Positions 32,032 through 42,524 of a stretch of 64,000 bases of DNA are shown here, one piece after another (position 1 is the stretch's first letter; every line of letters begins with the position of its first letter). The DNA is from Betaproteobacteria bacterium (GTDB taxonomy: Bacteria > Pseudomonadota > Gammaproteobacteria > Burkholderiales > Rhodocyclaceae), in the NCBI GenBank assembly GCA_020621865.1, contig JAHRYW010000013.1, forward strand, positions 12,289 to 76,288. The letters are read 5' to 3'. A program made the position numbers and the translations under genes. Under the pieces are notes generated by a model. The model made no database searches. It was not told the DNA's origin and worked only from the letters and a program-made list of their open reading frames with translations.

Positions 32032-32517
32032 ATGTTGAACAAGTTCCCGGCCTTGCTGTTCGCGCTGACCATGGCGCTGTCGGCACACACCCATGTCGCC
32101 AGCGCGGCCGACGCCCATCACAGTCATGACCACGGCGGCGCAGTCGCCACCCTGCGGCTCAACGATGGCAAGCCCTGGCCGACCGACGAGCCATTGCGGC
32201 GAGCCATGGGCGAGATCAATCAGGCGATGGCCAAGGCCTTGCCGGCAATTCACCGTCAACAGTTCGGCGATGGCGAATACCAGGCGCTGGCTGCGACGGT
32301 GCATGAGCGGGTGGCCTATATGGTCGACCACTGCAAGCTGGATGCCCAGGCCGACGCCATGCTCCACCTGGTCATTGCGGAACTGCTCGCCGGCGCCGAG
32401 ATCATGGACGGCAAGACGGCCAGCCCGCGCCACGATGGTGCCGTTCGGGTGCGTGCCGCGCTGAAATCCTATGGAAAATATTTCCGGCATCCGGGTTGGG
32501 TGACGGCCAAGGGCTGA
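32032..32517 (+). CDS. Exported His-rich hypothetical protein (DnrO-like)
   Basis: Signal peptide, HHSHDH, LNDGKPWPTD...CKL...ADAMLH; RBS aaggag. Confidence 0.7.
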   Translation: MLNKFPALLFALTMALSAHTHVASAADAHHSHDHGGAVATLRLNDGKPWPTDEPLRRAMGEINQAMAKALPAIHRQQFGDGEYQALAATVHERVAYMVDHCKLDAQADAMLHLVIAELLAGAEIMDGKTASPRHDGAVRVRAALKSYGKYFRHPGWVTAKG

Positions 32518-32600
32518 AGCGCTGTTTGAGTACTGGCTGCGGCGGGGGGGGCGATAGGCCTTCCCGTTGGCCGCCGGGGCTGGCCCGGATCGGCAGATTT

Positions 32601-32642
32601 GATTTTCGATTTCGGCCGTTTTTTGCCGCCGACCGTAGCATT
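32601..32642 (-). repeat. Dispersed 42-bp motif copy 5 (intergenic)
   Basis: revcomp AATGCTACGGTCGGCGGCAAAAAACGGCCGAAATCGAAAATC. Confidence 0.9.
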
Positions 32643-32700
32643 CCGCTTCAGTCCGGCAGCCCACCGTTAAAATGGCGCCTTTTCCTCATTCCGCTCCGCC

Positions 32701-33462
32701 ATGACGACTGCTGCCCCGCTTCCCGCCGATCAACTCGCCTCGCTGGCCAACGCCGACACCCAGCGCCTGGCCGCCCGGATGGCGCAGGATGTGTTTGCCG
32801 GTGTGTTCCGCCAGGCGGCGACGCCCGATGCGGCGCCGTATGTCGGGGTGCTCGGTGAGGTGGCGGCGCATTGCGCCAACTGGTGCCGGGCCGGCGGCAG
32901 CGACGAGGCACGGGCGCTGCGCCTGGCCTTGCTGATCAGCGGCCTCGACCAGTGGGGGCTGGCCTACACCCAGGCCTTCAAGCTGGAGGCGATCCACCCG
33001 CTGACCGCGCTGATCGGCGGCTTGCGCACCCGGCTGGAGGCGCGCGACGAGGCGCTGTTCCAGAAATATTTCGAGCAGATCGCGGCGGTCGAGGCCGACG
33101 CCATCGACTTCAAGGTTGATTTGCGCCGCGCCATCCATCTGGCGCTGTGGCACGCCATGGCGGCCTGCGAGACGGCGGAGCAGGTGGCCGGCATCGTCCA
33201 GCCGCTGGGCAGCCTGATGCTGGCGCTCAACGAGCAGATGCCGACGCTGGGCTGGCGTCTGCTGGCCGATGCGCTGGCCAATATCCAGATCGGTCTGTTG
33301 TCCGGTTCGGCGCCGGCTTCGGCGCTGGCCGAGGAAGGCACACAGCAGTTGTTCGCTTCACTGCGTCACGCGCTGCCGGGGGAGCGCTACCAGGCGATCC
33401 TGGCCTATTCGGGGCAAGCGGTGGTCGGCTGGCAGCAGGCCAGGCAGGCCGCCGCCCACTGA
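32701..33462 (+). CDS. Hypothetical all-helical protein
   Basis: 253-aa ORF with host-like codon usage. Confidence 0.7.
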   Translation: MTTAAPLPADQLASLANADTQRLAARMAQDVFAGVFRQAATPDAAPYVGVLGEVAAHCANWCRAGGSDEARALRLALLISGLDQWGLAYTQAFKLEAIHPLTALIGGLRTRLEARDEALFQKYFEQIAAVEADAIDFKVDLRRAIHLALWHAMAACETAEQVAGIVQPLGSLMLALNEQMPTLGWRLLADALANIQIGLLSGSAPASALAEEGTQQLFASLRHALPGERYQAILAYSGQAVVGWQQARQAAAH

Positions 33463-33530
33463 GTTTTTGCAGGTCCCGGCCGGACCGGGATCAGGCGGCG
33501 CGGCCTAAACGGCCAGCCGCCCGGAACTGC

Positions 33531-34085
33531 TTAGTGATCGCGGCCGCGACCGTGGCCACGGTCGTCGTCGTGCCGGTCATGCCGGTCGTCGCGTCGATCA
33601 TCGCGGCGGTCATCCCGTCGCTCTTGACGGCGATCATGGCGGTCGTCGCGCCGGTCGTCGCGCCATTCTTCGCGGCGCTCGTGGCGGACTTCGTGGCGAC
33701 GGTCGTTGTGGAAATCGCGGCGGTCATAGTGGCGATGGCCGTAGTGGCGTTCCCGGTAAGCCGGCGCATATTCCCGTTGATACCACTCGTCGCGGACGAA
33801 ATAGACGCGTTCGCCGCAGGCCTGGTAGCGGTGGCAGTACTTGTGCCAGTGCTTGGCATGGCCGGGCGGGACACGCAGGTAGAGCGGCGGGCGGCCGTAC
33901 GGAACGGCCTGGATCATGACCGGCTCGGGGTAGAGCAGGACCGGCGCCGGGAAACCGCCGATGTCGAGGCGGCCGTAGAAGCCGGGCTGGCCGATGCTGA
34001 CCGAGACGCCGACGTCGGTGGCCTGGGCGGTGCTGCCGAAGGTGGCGGCGGCCATGGCTAGGGCAATGAGAAAACGTTTGATCAT
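33531..34085 (-). CDS. Exported protein with Arg/Asp/His-rich low-complexity tail
   Basis: Signal peptide, VGVSVSIGQPGFYGRLDIG, VPPGHAKHW; (D/H)DRR repeats. Confidence 0.8.
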   Translation of the reverse strand: MIKRFLIALAMAAATFGSTAQATDVGVSVSIGQPGFYGRLDIGGFPAPVLLYPEPVMIQAVPYGRPPLYLRVPPGHAKHWHKYCHRYQACGERVYFVRDEWYQREYAPAYRERHYGHRHYDRRDFHNDRRHEVRHERREEWRDDRRDDRHDRRQERRDDRRDDRRDDRHDRHDDDRGHGRGRDH

Positions 34086-34230
34086 GATGAGTGTCCTTGT
34101 TGGGTCTGTGACCAATTAACGTCACAAGCGCCTGACGGCTGACCTTCGAATGTAACAGCAGGTAAAGGGTGTGACCAAATTGCGCCCGGCGGGTTCGATG
34201 GCGGGCAGGCGGGCAGGGTAAAATCGCCGG

Positions 34231-35121
34231 ATGAACTGGCCTGCCCTCAAGGAAAAACTCGATCTCTACGAAAAGCTGATGCGCTTGGACAAGCCGATCG
34301 GCATCCTGCTGCTGCTCTGGCCGACGCTGTGGGCCTTGTGGCTGTCCTCGGCGGGGCGGCCGGATTGGGTCGTGGTCTGGGTCTTCGTGCTCGGCACCGT
34401 GCTGATGCGCTCGGCCGGCTGCGTGATCAACGACTACGCCGACCGCGATTTCGACAAGCACGTCGAACGCACCAAAGAGCGCCCGCTGACCGCCGGCAAG
34501 GTGACGACCCGGGAAGCGCTGGCACTGTTTGCCGGCCTGTCGCTGACTGCTTTCGTGCTGGTGTTGCTGCTCGGCAAGCCGCTGGTCATCGCGCTGTCGG
34601 TGCCGGCCTTGTTCCTCGCCGCCAGCTACCCGTTCACCAAGCGCTTCCTGGCCATTCCGCAGGCTTATCTCGGCATCGCCTTCGGCTTCGGCATCCCGAT
34701 GGCCTATGCCGCGCAGCAGGGCAACGTGCCGGCCGAGGCCTGGTGGCTGCTGCTCGCCAACATCTTCTGGGCGGTCGCCTACGACACCGAATACGCGATG
34801 GTCGACCGCAACGACGACCTGAAGATCGGCATCAAGACCTCGGCGATCACCTTCGGCCGCTGCGACGTGGCGGCGGTGATGCTCTGCTACGCGGCGACGC
34901 TGGCGATCATCGGCGGGATAGGCTACGGGCGCGGCCTGGGCCTCGCCTTTTACGCCTGCCTGCTGGTCGCCGCCGGCGTCATGGGCGTGCATTACACCTG
35001 GATTCGCGGCCGCGAACGGATGGCCTGCTTCAAGGCTTTCCTGCACAACAACTGGGTCGGCGCGGTCATCTTCGCCGGCATCGTCGTCGATTATCTGGTG
35101 TCCGGAAGGAGCCTCGGATGA
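34231..35121 (+). CDS. ubiA: 4-hydroxybenzoate octaprenyltransferase
   Basis: [29 protein letters not shown] motifs. Confidence 0.96.
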   Translation: MNWPALKEKLDLYEKLMRLDKPIGILLLLWPTLWALWLSSAGRPDWVVVWVFVLGTVLMRSAGCVINDYADRDFDKHVERTKERPLTAGKVTTREALALFAGLSLTAFVLVLLLGKPLVIALSVPALFLAASYPFTKRFLAIPQAYLGIAFGFGIPMAYAAQQGNVPAEAWWLLLANIFWAVAYDTEYAMVDRNDDLKIGIKTSAITFGRCDVAAVMLCYAATLAIIGGIGYGRGLGLAFYACLLVAAGVMGVHYTWIRGRERMACFKAFLHNNWVGAVIFAGIVVDYLVSGRSLG

Positions 35122-35540
35122 GAAATCTGGTTTTTGCCCTTTTTTTGCTGCCGACCGTAGCATTCGGCGAAGACGCGCGCCAACTGGCGACCTTGCCGCC
35201 GCCAGCACAGGAAGCACTGCGCGAGGAAATGCGCGACAACCTCGTGGCGCTCAATGAAATCCTGTCGCTGATGGCCGCCGGCAAGGTCAGCGAGGCTGGC
35301 GAGGTGGCCGAAAGCAAGCTCGGCCGCTCGGCCATGGGCAAGCACCGTAGCAAGCCGATGGATGCCCGGCCCGGTCCGCACATGCCGCCGGCCATGCACG
35401 GCCTGGGCATGGACGGACACCAGGCGGTCAGCGAGTTCGCCGCCGTCGCCAAGACCGGCGACCGCGACAAGGCGCTGGCCCTGTTGCCCAACCTGACCTC
35501 GGGCTGTGTCGCCTGCCATTTTTCCTACCGAATCCGATGA
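35118..35540 (+). CDS. Periplasmic class II (cytochrome c'-like) monoheme cytochrome
   Basis: Signal peptide [17 protein letters not shown]; C-terminal CVACH..YR; ATGA overlaps with ubiA and ubiD. Confidence 0.85.
   Translation: MRNLVFALFLLPTVAFGEDARQLATLPPPAQEALREEMRDNLVALNEILSLMAAGKVSEAGEVAESKLGRSAMGKHRSKPMDARPGPHMPPAMHGLGMDGHQAVSEFAAVAKTGDRDKALALLPNLTSGCVACHFSYRIR
35123..35164 (-). repeat. Dispersed 42-bp motif copy 6 (encodes cytochrome signal peptide)
   Basis: revcomp AATGCTACGGTCGGCAGCAAAAAAAGGGCAAAAACCAGATTT. Confidence 0.88.
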
Positions 35541-37012
35541 AATATCACGACCTGCGCGACTTCATGTCGCAACTGGAAAAAACCGGCGAGTTGAAGCGCG
35601 TCGGCGTCGAGGTGGATACGCACCTCGAAATGACAGAAATCTGCGACCGCGTGTTGCGCGCCGAGGGGCCGGCGATCCTGTTCGAGAAGCCGCGCAGTGG
35701 CCAGACCCGGCACAGCATCCCGGTACTGGCCAACCTGTTCGGCACGCCGAAGCGGGTGGCGCTGGGCATGGGCGAGGAATCGGTGCAGGCGCTGCGCGAA
35801 GTCGGCAAGCTGCTCGCCTACCTGAAGGAGCCGGAGCCGCCCAAGGGCCTGAAGGACGCCTGGGACAAGCTGCCGATCCTCAAGCAGGTGCTCAACATGG
35901 CACCCAAGAAGGTGTCCAACGCGCCCTGTCAGGAAGTGGTCTGGGAGGGCAAGGACGTCGATCTGGGCCGCCTGCCGATCCAGCATTGCTGGCCGGGCGA
36001 CATCGCGCCGCTGATCACCTGGGGCCTGGTCGTCACCAAGGGGCCGCACAAGAACCGGCAGAATCTCGGCATCTACCGCCAGCAGGTGTTGGGGCCGAAC
36101 AAGGTGATCATGCGCTGGCTGGCGCATCGTGGCGGGGCGCTGGATTTCCGCGATCACCAGCTGGCCAATCCCGGCCAGCCGTTTCCGGTGGCCGTCGTGC
36201 TCGGCTGCGATCCGGCGACCATCCTCGGCGCCGTGACGCCGGTGCCCGATTCGCTGTCCGAGTACCAGTTCGCCGGTTTGCTGCGTGGCGGCAAGACTGA
36301 ACTGACGCAATGCCTGGGCTCGGGGTTGCAAGTGCCCGCGTCGGCTGAAATCGTGCTCGAAGGCGTCATTCATCCCGGCGAGATGGCGCTCGAAGGGCCG
36401 TACGGCGACCACACCGGCTACTACAACGAGCAGGCCGAATTCCCGGTGTTCACCATCGAGCGCATCACCATGCGCCGCGACCCGATCTACCACAGCACCT
36501 ACACCGGCAAGCCGCCCGACGAGCCGGCGGTATTGGGCGTCGCGCTCAATGAAGTCTTCGTGCCGCTGCTCCAGAAGCAGTACCCGGAAATCGTCGATTT
36601 CTACCTGCCGCCGGAAGGCTGCTCGTACCGGATGGCCATCGTCTCGATCAAGAAACAGTACCCCGGCCACGCCAAGCGCATCATGTTCGGCATCTGGTCC
36701 TTCCTGCGCCAGTTCATGTACACCAAGACGATCATCGTCGTCGACGACGACATCGATATCCGCGACTGGAAGGAAGTGGTCTGGGCGATGACGACGCGCA
36801 TGGACGCGACGCGCGACACGACGCTGGTCGACAACACGCCGATCGACTACCTCGATTTCGCCAGCCCGGTGGCCGGTCTCGGTTCCAAGATGGGGCTGGA
36901 CGCGACCAACAAGTGGCCGGGTGAAACGAATCGGGAGTGGGGGCGGCCGATCGTCATGGACGACGGCGTGAAGAAGCGCGTCGATAGCCTGTGGCAGGAA
37001 TTGGGGCTGTGA
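35537..37012 (+). CDS. ubiD: 4-hydroxy-3-polyprenylbenzoate decarboxylase
   Basis: [29 protein letters not shown] motifs. Confidence 0.96.
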   Translation: MKYHDLRDFMSQLEKTGELKRVGVEVDTHLEMTEICDRVLRAEGPAILFEKPRSGQTRHSIPVLANLFGTPKRVALGMGEESVQALREVGKLLAYLKEPEPPKGLKDAWDKLPILKQVLNMAPKKVSNAPCQEVVWEGKDVDLGRLPIQHCWPGDIAPLITWGLVVTKGPHKNRQNLGIYRQQVLGPNKVIMRWLAHRGGALDFRDHQLANPGQPFPVAVVLGCDPATILGAVTPVPDSLSEYQFAGLLRGGKTELTQCLGSGLQVPASAEIVLEGVIHPGEMALEGPYGDHTGYYNEQAEFPVFTIERITMRRDPIYHSTYTGKPPDEPAVLGVALNEVFVPLLQKQYPEIVDFYLPPEGCSYRMAIVSIKKQYPGHAKRIMFGIWSFLRQFMYTKTIIVVDDDIDIRDWKEVVWAMTTRMDATRDTTLVDNTPIDYLDFASPVAGLGSKMGLDATNKWPGETNREWGRPIVMDDGVKKRVDSLWQELGL

Positions 37013-37521
37013 GCCAGCGGCCGGAGGACCTCGCCGTTCGGCAGGTCGATCTCGACGATCCCGAACAGGCGGCGATCTGGCTCGATCTGCTCGAACACTA
37101 CGCCAGCGATCCGATGGGCGGCGGCGACGGCCTGTCCGATTACGCCAAGCTCAACCTGGTCGCCGCCATGCGCGAGGTGCCCGGTTTTCACGGTGCGCTG
37201 GCCTGGCTCGACGGCCGGGCGGTTGGTTTGATCGACTGCTTTGCCGGTTTCTCTACCTTCGCCGCGCGGCCGCTGCTCAACGTCCACGACATCGTTGTGC
37301 ACGCCAGCCTGCGCGGCCGGGGCATCGGCCAGGCCTTGCTCGCCTGGGCTGAAGAACGCGCCCGCCAGCTCGGCTGCTGCAAGCTGACGCTCGAAGTGCT
37401 GTCCAACAACACGCGGGCGATGGCCTCCTACCAACAGGCCGGCTTTGCCCCTTATGTGCTCGACCCGGCGGCCGGCCACGCGCTGCTGATGCAGAAACTT
37501 CTCCCGGAGGAAGCCGCATGA
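37009..37521 (+). CDS. GNAT-family N-acetyltransferase
   Basis: NVHDIVV...[10 protein letters not shown]...CCKLTLEV. Confidence 0.88.
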   Translation: MSQRPEDLAVRQVDLDDPEQAAIWLDLLEHYASDPMGGGDGLSDYAKLNLVAAMREVPGFHGALAWLDGRAVGLIDCFAGFSTFAARPLLNVHDIVVHASLRGRGIGQALLAWAEERARQLGCCKLTLEVLSNNTRAMASYQQAGFAPYVLDPAAGHALLMQKLLPEEAA

Positions 37522-37931
37522 ACGACCCCGTTCCGTCACCCGACCTGCAGGGCGTTCGCCCCTCGCTGGTCCAGCTGACCCATGTCATCTACGCGCTGCA
37601 TGCCTGCGCCGTCTTCGTCGGCGTCACCTCGGCGGTGGCCACGGTTGCCGGCGGCTTCGTCTTCGGCCTGCCGTCGCTGATCGCCGTCTTTCTCAATTAC
37701 CTGAAACGCAGCGAGGTTGCCGGCACCTGGCTGGAAAGCCATTTCCGCTGGCAGATCCGCACCTTCTGGTTCACGCTGCTCTGGCTGTTCATCGCCGGGC
37801 TGGTCATGCTGACCATCATCGGCATCCCCGTTGCCGCCTGGATCATGATCCCCATCCTCGGCCTGTGGGTCGGCTACCGCGTCGTCCGCGGCTGGCTGGC
37901 GCTGGGCGGCGGGCAGCCGGTCGACGGTTAG
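37518..37931 (+). CDS. DUF4870-like membrane protein
   Basis: [11 protein letters not shown] motif, 3 TM. Confidence 0.8.
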   Translation: MNDPVPSPDLQGVRPSLVQLTHVIYALHACAVFVGVTSAVATVAGGFVFGLPSLIAVFLNYLKRSEVAGTWLESHFRWQIRTFWFTLLWLFIAGLVMLTIIGIPVAAWIMIPILGLWVGYRVVRGWLALGGGQPVDG

Positions 37932-37935
37932 CACG

Positions 37936-40311
37936 ATGGCTGTCGATTTCCAGTCCCTGGCCGGCTTCGGCGACGCCGCCCGGCAACTGCCTTTCGGGCA
38001 GCGCGTTCGCCTGGTCCGTGCCGAAACTTTCTTCGGGCAAGCCAAGGGCAATCTGGTCGGCGTCGGCGCCGGGGCGGTGATTTTCTCGCTGATCCTCGAA
38101 CACGCCGGGGTGCCGGCCGCGATTCGCTCGGCCTGGGTCGGGGTCGTCGTGCTGCTGTCGTTGCTGATCGTGGCCTACGAATGGCAGGTTAGGCGCAGCG
38201 GCCTGACCCCGGAGAACGCCGATCATTGCCTGCGCGTGCGCGGCGGGTTCGGCGTTCTCGCCGCCGTCGGCTGCGGTGCCGGCGCCTTGCTGGTGCCGGC
38301 CGATGCCGGCAGCTTTGCCCACGCCATGGGTTTGTTCCTGGGCATGGCGCTGACGACGGTGGCAACGCTCGCCTTTGCCGTGGCACCCTGGTTCTTCCTG
38401 TCGGTCGGCATCGGCATCATGCTGCCGTTGTTCCTGCGCTACCTCTATCTTTACGCCATTGGCGGGGAGCCGTTCTTCATGTGGCTGACGGCGGCCGGGG
38501 TGACGGTGACACTGCTGATCCTGAGCAAGGGTCTGCGCAATTCACGCTGGGCGACGCAGGCCATCGAGGTCAACATGCGCCTGACCGACGAGATGCGCGA
38601 GCGTCAGCGAATCGAGACGGCAATGGCGGAGAGCGAAATGAGCGCCCGCGAACTGTCCAACCTGCTGCGCATGATGTGCGACAACGTGCCGGACATGATC
38701 TGGGCCAAGGATCTGGACGGCCGCTACCTGTTCACCAACAAGGCGATGGCCGAGCAACTGCTACTGGCCAGGGACACGGCAGAGCCGGTCGGCCGGAACG
38801 ATATGTTTTTTGCCCAGCGCGAGCGCGACAGTCATGCCGACAACCCGCACTGGCATACCTTCGGCGAACAGTGCCGGGATACCGACGAGGCGACGCTGGC
38901 CCGCGGCATGCCGTCGACCTTCGAAGAGTCGGGCAATGTCCGCGGCAACTACCTTTGCCTCGATGTGCACAAGGCGCCGTTCATCAACGAGCGTGGCGTC
39001 CTGATCGGTACCGTCGGTTCCGCCCGCGACGTGACCGAGCGCAAGCAGGTCGAACGCGAACTGGCCAGCTACCGTGAAAATCTGGAAGACCTGGTGCGCG
39101 AACGGACCCGTGAGCTCTCCGCGGCCAAGGAGGCGGCCGAGGCGGCCAACCGCGCAAAGAGCGCCTTCCTGGCCAACATGAGCCATGAACTGCGGACGCC
39201 GCTCAACGCGGTGACCGGGATGACCCACCTCGTTGGTCGCGAAGGGGTCAGCGCCGTGCAGCGGGAACGGCTGGACAAGATCCAGTCAGCGGTGAGGCAT
39301 CTGCTCGACATCATCCACGATGTGCTGAGCCTGTCGCAGATCGAGGCGGATCGGCTGAAGATCGAATCGGTGGCGGTCGACCCGGCGGCAATCTGCACGG
39401 CGGTCAGCGACCTGGTTTCGGACGACGCCCGGCGCAAGGGCCTGCACCTGGACATCCAGTGTGCGGCGATCCCGTCCGGGCTGCTCGGCGACCCGACCCG
39501 CCTGCGCCAGGCGCTGCTCAACTACGTCGCCAACGCGGTCAAGTTCACCGAGGCCGGCACCATCACCCTGCGCTGCCTGCACGAAGGTGCCAGCGAGTCT
39601 GGTGAAATGCTCCGCTTCGAAGTCGTCGATAGCGGTCCGGGGCTGGCGCCGGCGGTCATCGAGCGCCTGTTCGCGCCCTTCGAGCAGGCCGACAACTCGG
39701 CGACGCGCAACTTCGGCGGCACCGGCCTGGGGCTGGTCATCACCCGTCGCCTGGCGCAGCTGATGGGCGGCGATGCGGGCTGCGACAGTCGACCGGGCGT
39801 TGGCAGCAGCTTCTGGTTTACCGTCTGCCTGGCCCGCGGCGAGGGCGCCGTGGTCGAGGCAACGCCGGCCCTCCGGCCGCCGGCGGCGGACGTCGATCTC
39901 CTGCGCCAGCAATTCGCCGGTCGTAGCATCCTGCTCGTTGAGGACAACTGGATCAACCGCGAGGTGGTGCTCGAACTGCTCGAATCCGAACTGCTCTCCG
40001 TCAAGGTCGCCGAGAACGGCGAGGAGGCGGTCAATTGCGTGCGTGACCGGGCCTACGACCTGATCCTGATGGACATGCAGATGCCGGTCATGGATGGTTT
40101 GGAGGCGACGCGCCGGATACGCCAGTTGCCCGGCGGGCAGAACATTCCGATCATCGCGATGACCGCCAACGCCTTTGCCGAGGACAAACGTGCCTGTCTG
40201 GCGTCCGGCATGGACGATTTCCTGGCCAAGCCGGTCGGCCCGGACCTGCTGTTCGACAAGCTGCTGCACTGGCTGGCCGTGGGGCGCTGCCGCGAAGCGG
40301 TCGTCGATTGA
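37936..40311 (+). CDS. Membrane PAS hybrid sensor histidine kinase/response regulator
   Basis: TM region, [30 protein letters not shown], receiver LMDMQMP. Confidence 0.92.
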   Translation: MAVDFQSLAGFGDAARQLPFGQRVRLVRAETFFGQAKGNLVGVGAGAVIFSLILEHAGVPAAIRSAWVGVVVLLSLLIVAYEWQVRRSGLTPENADHCLRVRGGFGVLAAVGCGAGALLVPADAGSFAHAMGLFLGMALTTVATLAFAVAPWFFLSVGIGIMLPLFLRYLYLYAIGGEPFFMWLTAAGVTVTLLILSKGLRNSRWATQAIEVNMRLTDEMRERQRIETAMAESEMSARELSNLLRMMCDNVPDMIWAKDLDGRYLFTNKAMAEQLLLARDTAEPVGRNDMFFAQRERDSHADNPHWHTFGEQCRDTDEATLARGMPSTFEESGNVRGNYLCLDVHKAPFINERGVLIGTVGSARDVTERKQVERELASYRENLEDLVRERTRELSAAKEAAEAANRAKSAFLANMSHELRTPLNAVTGMTHLVGREGVSAVQRERLDKIQSAVRHLLDIIHDVLSLSQIEADRLKIESVAVDPAAICTAVSDLVSDDARRKGLHLDIQCAAIPSGLLGDPTRLRQALLNYVANAVKFTEAGTITLRCLHEGASESGEMLRFEVVDSGPGLAPAVIERLFAPFEQADNSATRNFGGTGLGLVITRRLAQLMGGDAGCDSRPGVGSSFWFTVCLARGEGAVVEATPALRPPAADVDLLRQQFAGRSILLVEDNWINREVVLELLESELLSVKVAENGEEAVNCVRDRAYDLILMDMQMPVMDGLEATRRIRQLPGGQNIPIIAMTANAFAEDKRACLASGMDDFLAKPVGPDLLFDKLLHWLAVGRCREAVVD

Positions 40312-40318
40312 CCGGGCC

Positions 40319-41038
40319 TTACTGAGTGTCCGAAGCTGGTTTGCTGGCGAGGTATTTTTGCAGCATGGCCAGCGATCGGCTGTAGCTGTGCCTGATCTGC
40401 GCTTCATCGTAGCGGTGCTCGGTGCCCACCGGGCAGGCCTGGCGGGCCTGGCAGCCGTAGGCGCAGTCCGACCCCGCTTGCAGGCGATGGCCGGCGCAAC
40501 GCGGCAGCGAAAACTGGCCGTCGGCCATGGCCTCGGCCGGGCAGGCGGTGATGCAGGGCTGATCCGGGCAGGTCAAACAGGGATTGCTACGGTGAGCGGC
40601 AAAAAATGGCCAAAATCGGGAATTTGCCAGCACGACCGCGCGATAGGCAAACCAGCTGCCCCATTCGCCGTCGATGCCGACCATGAACGGCGAGGCATGG
40701 TGCCAGCCGGCCAGCTTGCCGAGCGCCTGCAGGCCGACCGGGGTTTCGCCCGGATAGACGATGCGAAAGCGGACGCCAGGCAGGCAATCGGCAAACCAGC
40801 GGCCAACGGTCTGCTGGCAATAATCGTCGATCGGATGCTCGCCACCAATGCCGCTGGCCTGCACGCATTCCCACAGCCGCCGGCCGCCGTGACCGATCAT
40901 GATCAGCTGGTCGAAGCCGGCCGTGTCGCCGAGCGTGGCGCGCAGCTCGTCGGGCAGGGCGCTTAGCTCGAAGACATGCTGGCGGTTGAGGCCGGCCGCA
41001 TCGAGGAAATCGGCCGGGAAGGGCGAGCGCTCACTCAT
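40319..41038 (-). CDS. QueG-like Fe-S cluster protein
   Basis: HPIDD, GSWFAYRA, CLTCPDQPCITACP...C...C...CQAR.ACP. Confidence 0.7.
   Translation of the reverse strand: MSERSPFPADFLDAAGLNRQHVFELSALPDELRATLGDTAGFDQLIMIGHGGRRLWECVQASGIGGEHPIDDYCQQTVGRWFADCLPGVRFRIVYPGETPVGLQALGKLAGWHHASPFMVGIDGEWGSWFAYRAVVLANSRFWPFFAAHRSNPCLTCPDQPCITACPAEAMADGQFSLPRCAGHRLQAGSDCAYGCQARQACPVGTEHRYDEAQIRHSYSRSLAMLQKYLASKPASDTQ
40583..40624 (+). repeat. Dispersed 42-bp motif copy 7 (inside Fe-S gene)
   Basis: ATTGCTACGGTGAGCGGCAAAAAATGGCCAAAATCGGGAATT; 2 core mismatches. Confidence 0.82.
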
Positions 41039-42470
41039 TTTCGAGCACCGGCGCCTTCTCGCCGATGCGGCGCTGGGCGACCCAGACGAGCAGGGCATCG
41101 ATGGCTGCGCTGCCGGCCTGGGCGCGCGGGTGGTTGATCAGGAAAATCACCGTGTAGCGCCGCCCTAGGGCGTCGAGCGCGTAGCCCGCGGCGGTCTTGA
41201 CGCCATCCAGCGTGCCGGTCTTGATGTGGGCGCGGCCGGTCGCCTCCGAGCCGTTCAGGCGCTTCTTCATCGTCCCGTCGATGCCGACGATCGGCATGCT
41301 GGAGACGAACTCCGGCATCACCGGGTTCTTCCAGGCGTCGAGCAGCAGGTGGTTGAGGCTGTCGGCGCTGATCCGCTCGCTGCGCGACAGTCCCGAGCCG
41401 TTGTCGAGCACCAGTTCGTTGAAGCGCAGATTGCGTGCGGCCAGCCAGTCGGTGACCCGCTGCCGGGCGCGCTCGGCGGTGGCCGGGGCGGAGTCGTTGC
41501 CGATGGTCAGGAAGACCTGGCGGGCCATCACATTGTTGCTGAATTTGTTGATGTCGCGCACCGCATCGGCTAGCGGCGCCGATTCGTGGCGGGCGAGCAG
41601 GCTGGCGCCGACCGGCACGCTGCCGTCGCGCACCTGCCCGGCCAGACTGCCGCCGAGTTCCTTCCAAAGCGCGCGGATCAGGCCGCCGGCCTGGGCATCG
41701 GCTGGCAGCGGCGACAGGTTCAGCGTCTTCTCGCCGCACAGCGCCGGGTAAGTGCCGGTGAATTCGAGCCTGTTGCCGTCGTTTTCCGGAATCAGGCGGA
41801 TATTGATCGCGTCCTTCCAGTTGCTGCCGCACTCGCCGTTGCCGGCCCGCAACTGGTTGTCGACGCGCAGGCCCTCGCTCGGCGTTTCCATCAGCAGGCG
41901 CGGTTTGCCGTTGTCCGGCAGCAGCGTGAAGCGCAGGGCGCGGAAATTGAGCAGCAGGCCGTCCGGGCCGACGTTGTAGGGGCGCATCGGCTTGTCGTCG
42001 AAGGCGCCGGGGTCGAAGGCCGGGACGTTGAACACTGTGCGGTCGAGCACGATGTCGCCGCCGATCTGCTGAATGCCGCGCACGCGCAAGTGGCGCAGCA
42101 GCGACCACAGGTGTTCGATGGCGAAGCGCGGGTCGCCGCTGCCGCGCAAATACAAATTGCCCGGCAAAATGCCATTGACCGTAGCATTCTCGGTCCACGC
42201 CGTGGTTTTCCAGGTGTAGGCGGGGCCCAACAGGTCGAGCGCGGCATAGGTGGTGACCAGCTTCATCACCGAGGCCGGGTTCATCGCCTGCGTTGCGTTG
42301 TGGGCGACCAGCGGCGCGGGCGCATCGACCGGCTGGACGACGATGGCGACGCTGGCGGCGGGAATCTGCGCGGCCTTCAGTGCCTTCAGGACAGTTGGCG
42401 GCAGGCCGTCGGCCCGGACCGACAGGCAGGCGAGGGCAAAGGCGAGAGCGGCAAGGAGCTTGGCGGGCAT
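41031..42470 (-). CDS. dacB: D-Ala-D-Ala carboxypeptidase/endopeptidase PBP4
   Basis: PASVMK (SxxK), SNN, KTGTL motifs. Confidence 0.93.
   Translation of the reverse strand: MPAKLLAALAFALACLSVRADGLPPTVLKALKAAQIPAASVAIVVQPVDAPAPLVAHNATQAMNPASVMKLVTTYAALDLLGPAYTWKTTAWTENATVNGILPGNLYLRGSGDPRFAIEHLWSLLRHLRVRGIQQIGGDIVLDRTVFNVPAFDPGAFDDKPMRPYNVGPDGLLLNFRALRFTLLPDNGKPRLLMETPSEGLRVDNQLRAGNGECGSNWKDAINIRLIPENDGNRLEFTGTYPALCGEKTLNLSPLPADAQAGGLIRALWKELGGSLAGQVRDGSVPVGASLLARHESAPLADAVRDINKFSNNVMARQVFLTIGNDSAPATAERARQRVTDWLAARNLRFNELVLDNGSGLSRSERISADSLNHLLLDAWKNPVMPEFVSSMPIVGIDGTMKKRLNGSEATGRAHIKTGTLDGVKTAAGYALDALGRRYTVIFLINHPRAQAGSAAIDALLVWVAQRRIGEKAPVLENE
42147..42188 (-). repeat. Dispersed 42-bp motif copy 8 (inside dacB)
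   Basis: revcomp AATGCTACGGTCAATGGCATTTTGCCGGGCAATTTGTATTTG; exact core, W tracts in register. Confidence 0.75.
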
Positions 42471-42524
42471 CGGCACAAATAAAAATGGGAGGTCGAAGCC
42501 TCCCATTTTAGTGCGCTGCTTCGC

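Noticed and set aside
33531-33730. Tandem DNA repeats or array
   Set aside because: Explained by the low-complexity DDRR/HDRR tail of the minus-strand CDS.
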